Below are positions 62,395 to 64,000 of a stretch of 64,000 nucleotides of DNA, piece by piece. The notes under the pieces were generated by a model. That model was given only the letters and a program-made list of their open reading frames with translations. It was not told the origin of the DNA and searched no databases. This stretch comes from the human T2T-CHM13v2.0 reference genome, Homo sapiens, in assembly GCF_009914755.1 (NCBI RefSeq), contig NC_060930.1, one strand, 5' to 3'. Numbering within the stretch: position 1 is the first letter of the stretch; each line of letters begins with the position of its first letter. A program made the position numbers and the translations under genes.

Positions 62395-62687
62395 ATTTTT
62401 TTTTTTTTTTTTTTTTTTGAGTTGGAGTCTCACTCCGATCATCCAGCCTGGAGTGCAATGGCGCGATCTTGGCTCACTGCAACCTCTGCCTCCTGGGTTC
62501 AAGCAGTTCTCCTGCCTCGGCCTCCTGAGTAGCTGGGATTACAGGCACCCACCACCACATTTGGTTAATTTTTGTATTTTTAGTAGAGATGGGGTTTCCC
62601 CATGTTGGCCAGGCTAGTCTCGAACTCCTGACTCACCTCAGCCTCCCAAAGTGCTGAGATTACAGGCGTGAGCCACCACACCCGGCT
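62395..62687 (-). mobile_element. AluS
   Basis: TSD agtacaga. Confidence 0.92.
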
Positions 62688-63065
62688 AGTACAGAATTTT
62701 TTATGGCCCCTTTTAAAGACTGCAAACCTTTTTATACCAAAAAAAATTATTTTTCCTGTATTTATTTTACACATTAGTAAATGAATGAAATTTTGGCTCT
62801 AGGTTTAGAAAGCAATTTCATTTTAAGCTCATTTTACTGTGTCATTGGACTTTTTATTAATTTTATTCTTGAACTACTTAGCTGAAAATCGAATTCTGTC
62901 ATTATATGTAATCATATAATGCTTCTCATAATGTTACACTTTAATTAGATGCAGTTGAATAATAACCTAAAAAATCTTCATAGTCTATAAAATTCACACT
63001 TATATTTATAAGACAATATTATCTCACCCATTGATACATAATGTTATGTTAAAAGTACACAATAT

Positions 63066-63377
63066 GGCCAGGTGTGGTGGCTCACGCCTGGAATCCCAGT
63101 ACTTTGGGAGGCTGAGGCGGCAGATCACTTGAGCCCAGGAGTTCGACATCAGCATGAGCAACATGTTGAAACCCCGTCTCTACCAAAAATACAAAAATTA
63201 GCCAGGCATGGTGGCGCACATCTGTAATCCCAGCAACTTGGGAGGCTGAGGCAGGAGGATCACTTGAACCCAGGGGACAGAGGTTGCAGTGAACAGAGGT
63301 TGCAGTGAGCGGAGATTGTGCCTCCTCTGCACTCCAGCCTGGATGACAGAGTGATACTCTGTCTCAAAAAATAAAAA
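63066..63377 (+). mobile_element. Alu with an internal 16-bp tandem duplication
   Basis: TSD agtacacaatat; acagaggttgcagtga occurs twice at 63277-63308. Confidence 0.92.
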
Positions 63378-63439
63378 GAGTACACAATATTATCTCACCC
63401 ATTGATACATAATGTTATGTTAAAAGCACACTGCATTCT

Positions 63440-64000
63440 AGAGAAGGTAGAGTAACAGGGTCTTACTTTACCCTCCCACTTGAAACAAGTAAAAAACTGG
63501 ACAAAGTATATGAAAAATACATCACTCAGGGCATTAGACACCAGGCAGCAAAAACAGTGGCCCCTGAGAAATTGGAAACAAAGTGAGTCCTATAATTGTC
63601 CTTATCTAGAAAAAGTTTCCTGGCTACTGTGTAGAGAGAAGGAACCCAGGAGAAAGAGCTCAACTGTCTCCCTGAGTTGAAGACAGAGCTGGGGATACAT
63701 CAAGGGAAACCAAGGCAGCTAGTTTGCAGAGGTGGAGGACCGGAGAGGAGAGAACTGCATAGAGAGAGCTTTGCGGATGTACAGAGTCCTCCTTGAGCAT
63801 GCAAGTGCATACTGATCAAAGTGTGGTTGTGAGAAAACTACCCATCACCAGAGAAAGGATCACCCGAAAGAATGAGGGAACAGTGCCTGCCTCCCACACA
63901 GTAGCCAAGAAGAGGTGCCTGTTGCCAACAGCTAGAGTGAAAACCTCTGAATGCAGGGGCACTGGTTAGAATACTAAGAAGGTTCTTGCCAGACATCCAA
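63440..64000 (+). mobile_element. Possible old L1M 5'-region fragment
   Basis: aaaaactggacaaagtatatgaaa...ggcattagacaccaggcagca resembles recalled L1MC/MD 5' ends. Confidence 0.5.

Overview
Human (primate) genomic DNA from the 3' part of MTHFD1L, the mitochondrial monofunctional 10-formyltetrahydrofolate synthetase, transcribed on the + strand. Six GT-AG coding exons (395-534, 4356-4397, 5457-5557, 6093-6270, 25072-25179, 27541-27693; probably exons 21-26, numbering from recall) splice into one open frame running from [21 protein letters not shown] to [11 protein letters not shown]. No terminal coding exon was found, so 27694-64000 is part of one long intron. Introns carry about 45 Alu/FLAM copies, plus L1, L2 and MIR fragments, MaLR/ERVL LTRs and DNA-transposon MITEs. 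Most entries in the ORF track are Alu-derived or random. I found no foreign gene cluster or clearly new system. The best leads are: (1) a strong 49-nt stop-containing cryptic exon with a recursive-splice-like end just after the sixth exon; (2) a 9-nt microexon candidate 49 nt upstream of the 42-nt exon; (3) in-frame exon blocks bracketed by inverted Alus, i.e. circRNA candidates with stop-free frames; (4) a 203-bp, about 96.5% identical dispersed duplication 2988 bp apart; (5) an inverted templated insertion inside an Alu. Repeat subfamily names come from recalled consensus sequences, and repeat boundaries are approximate.
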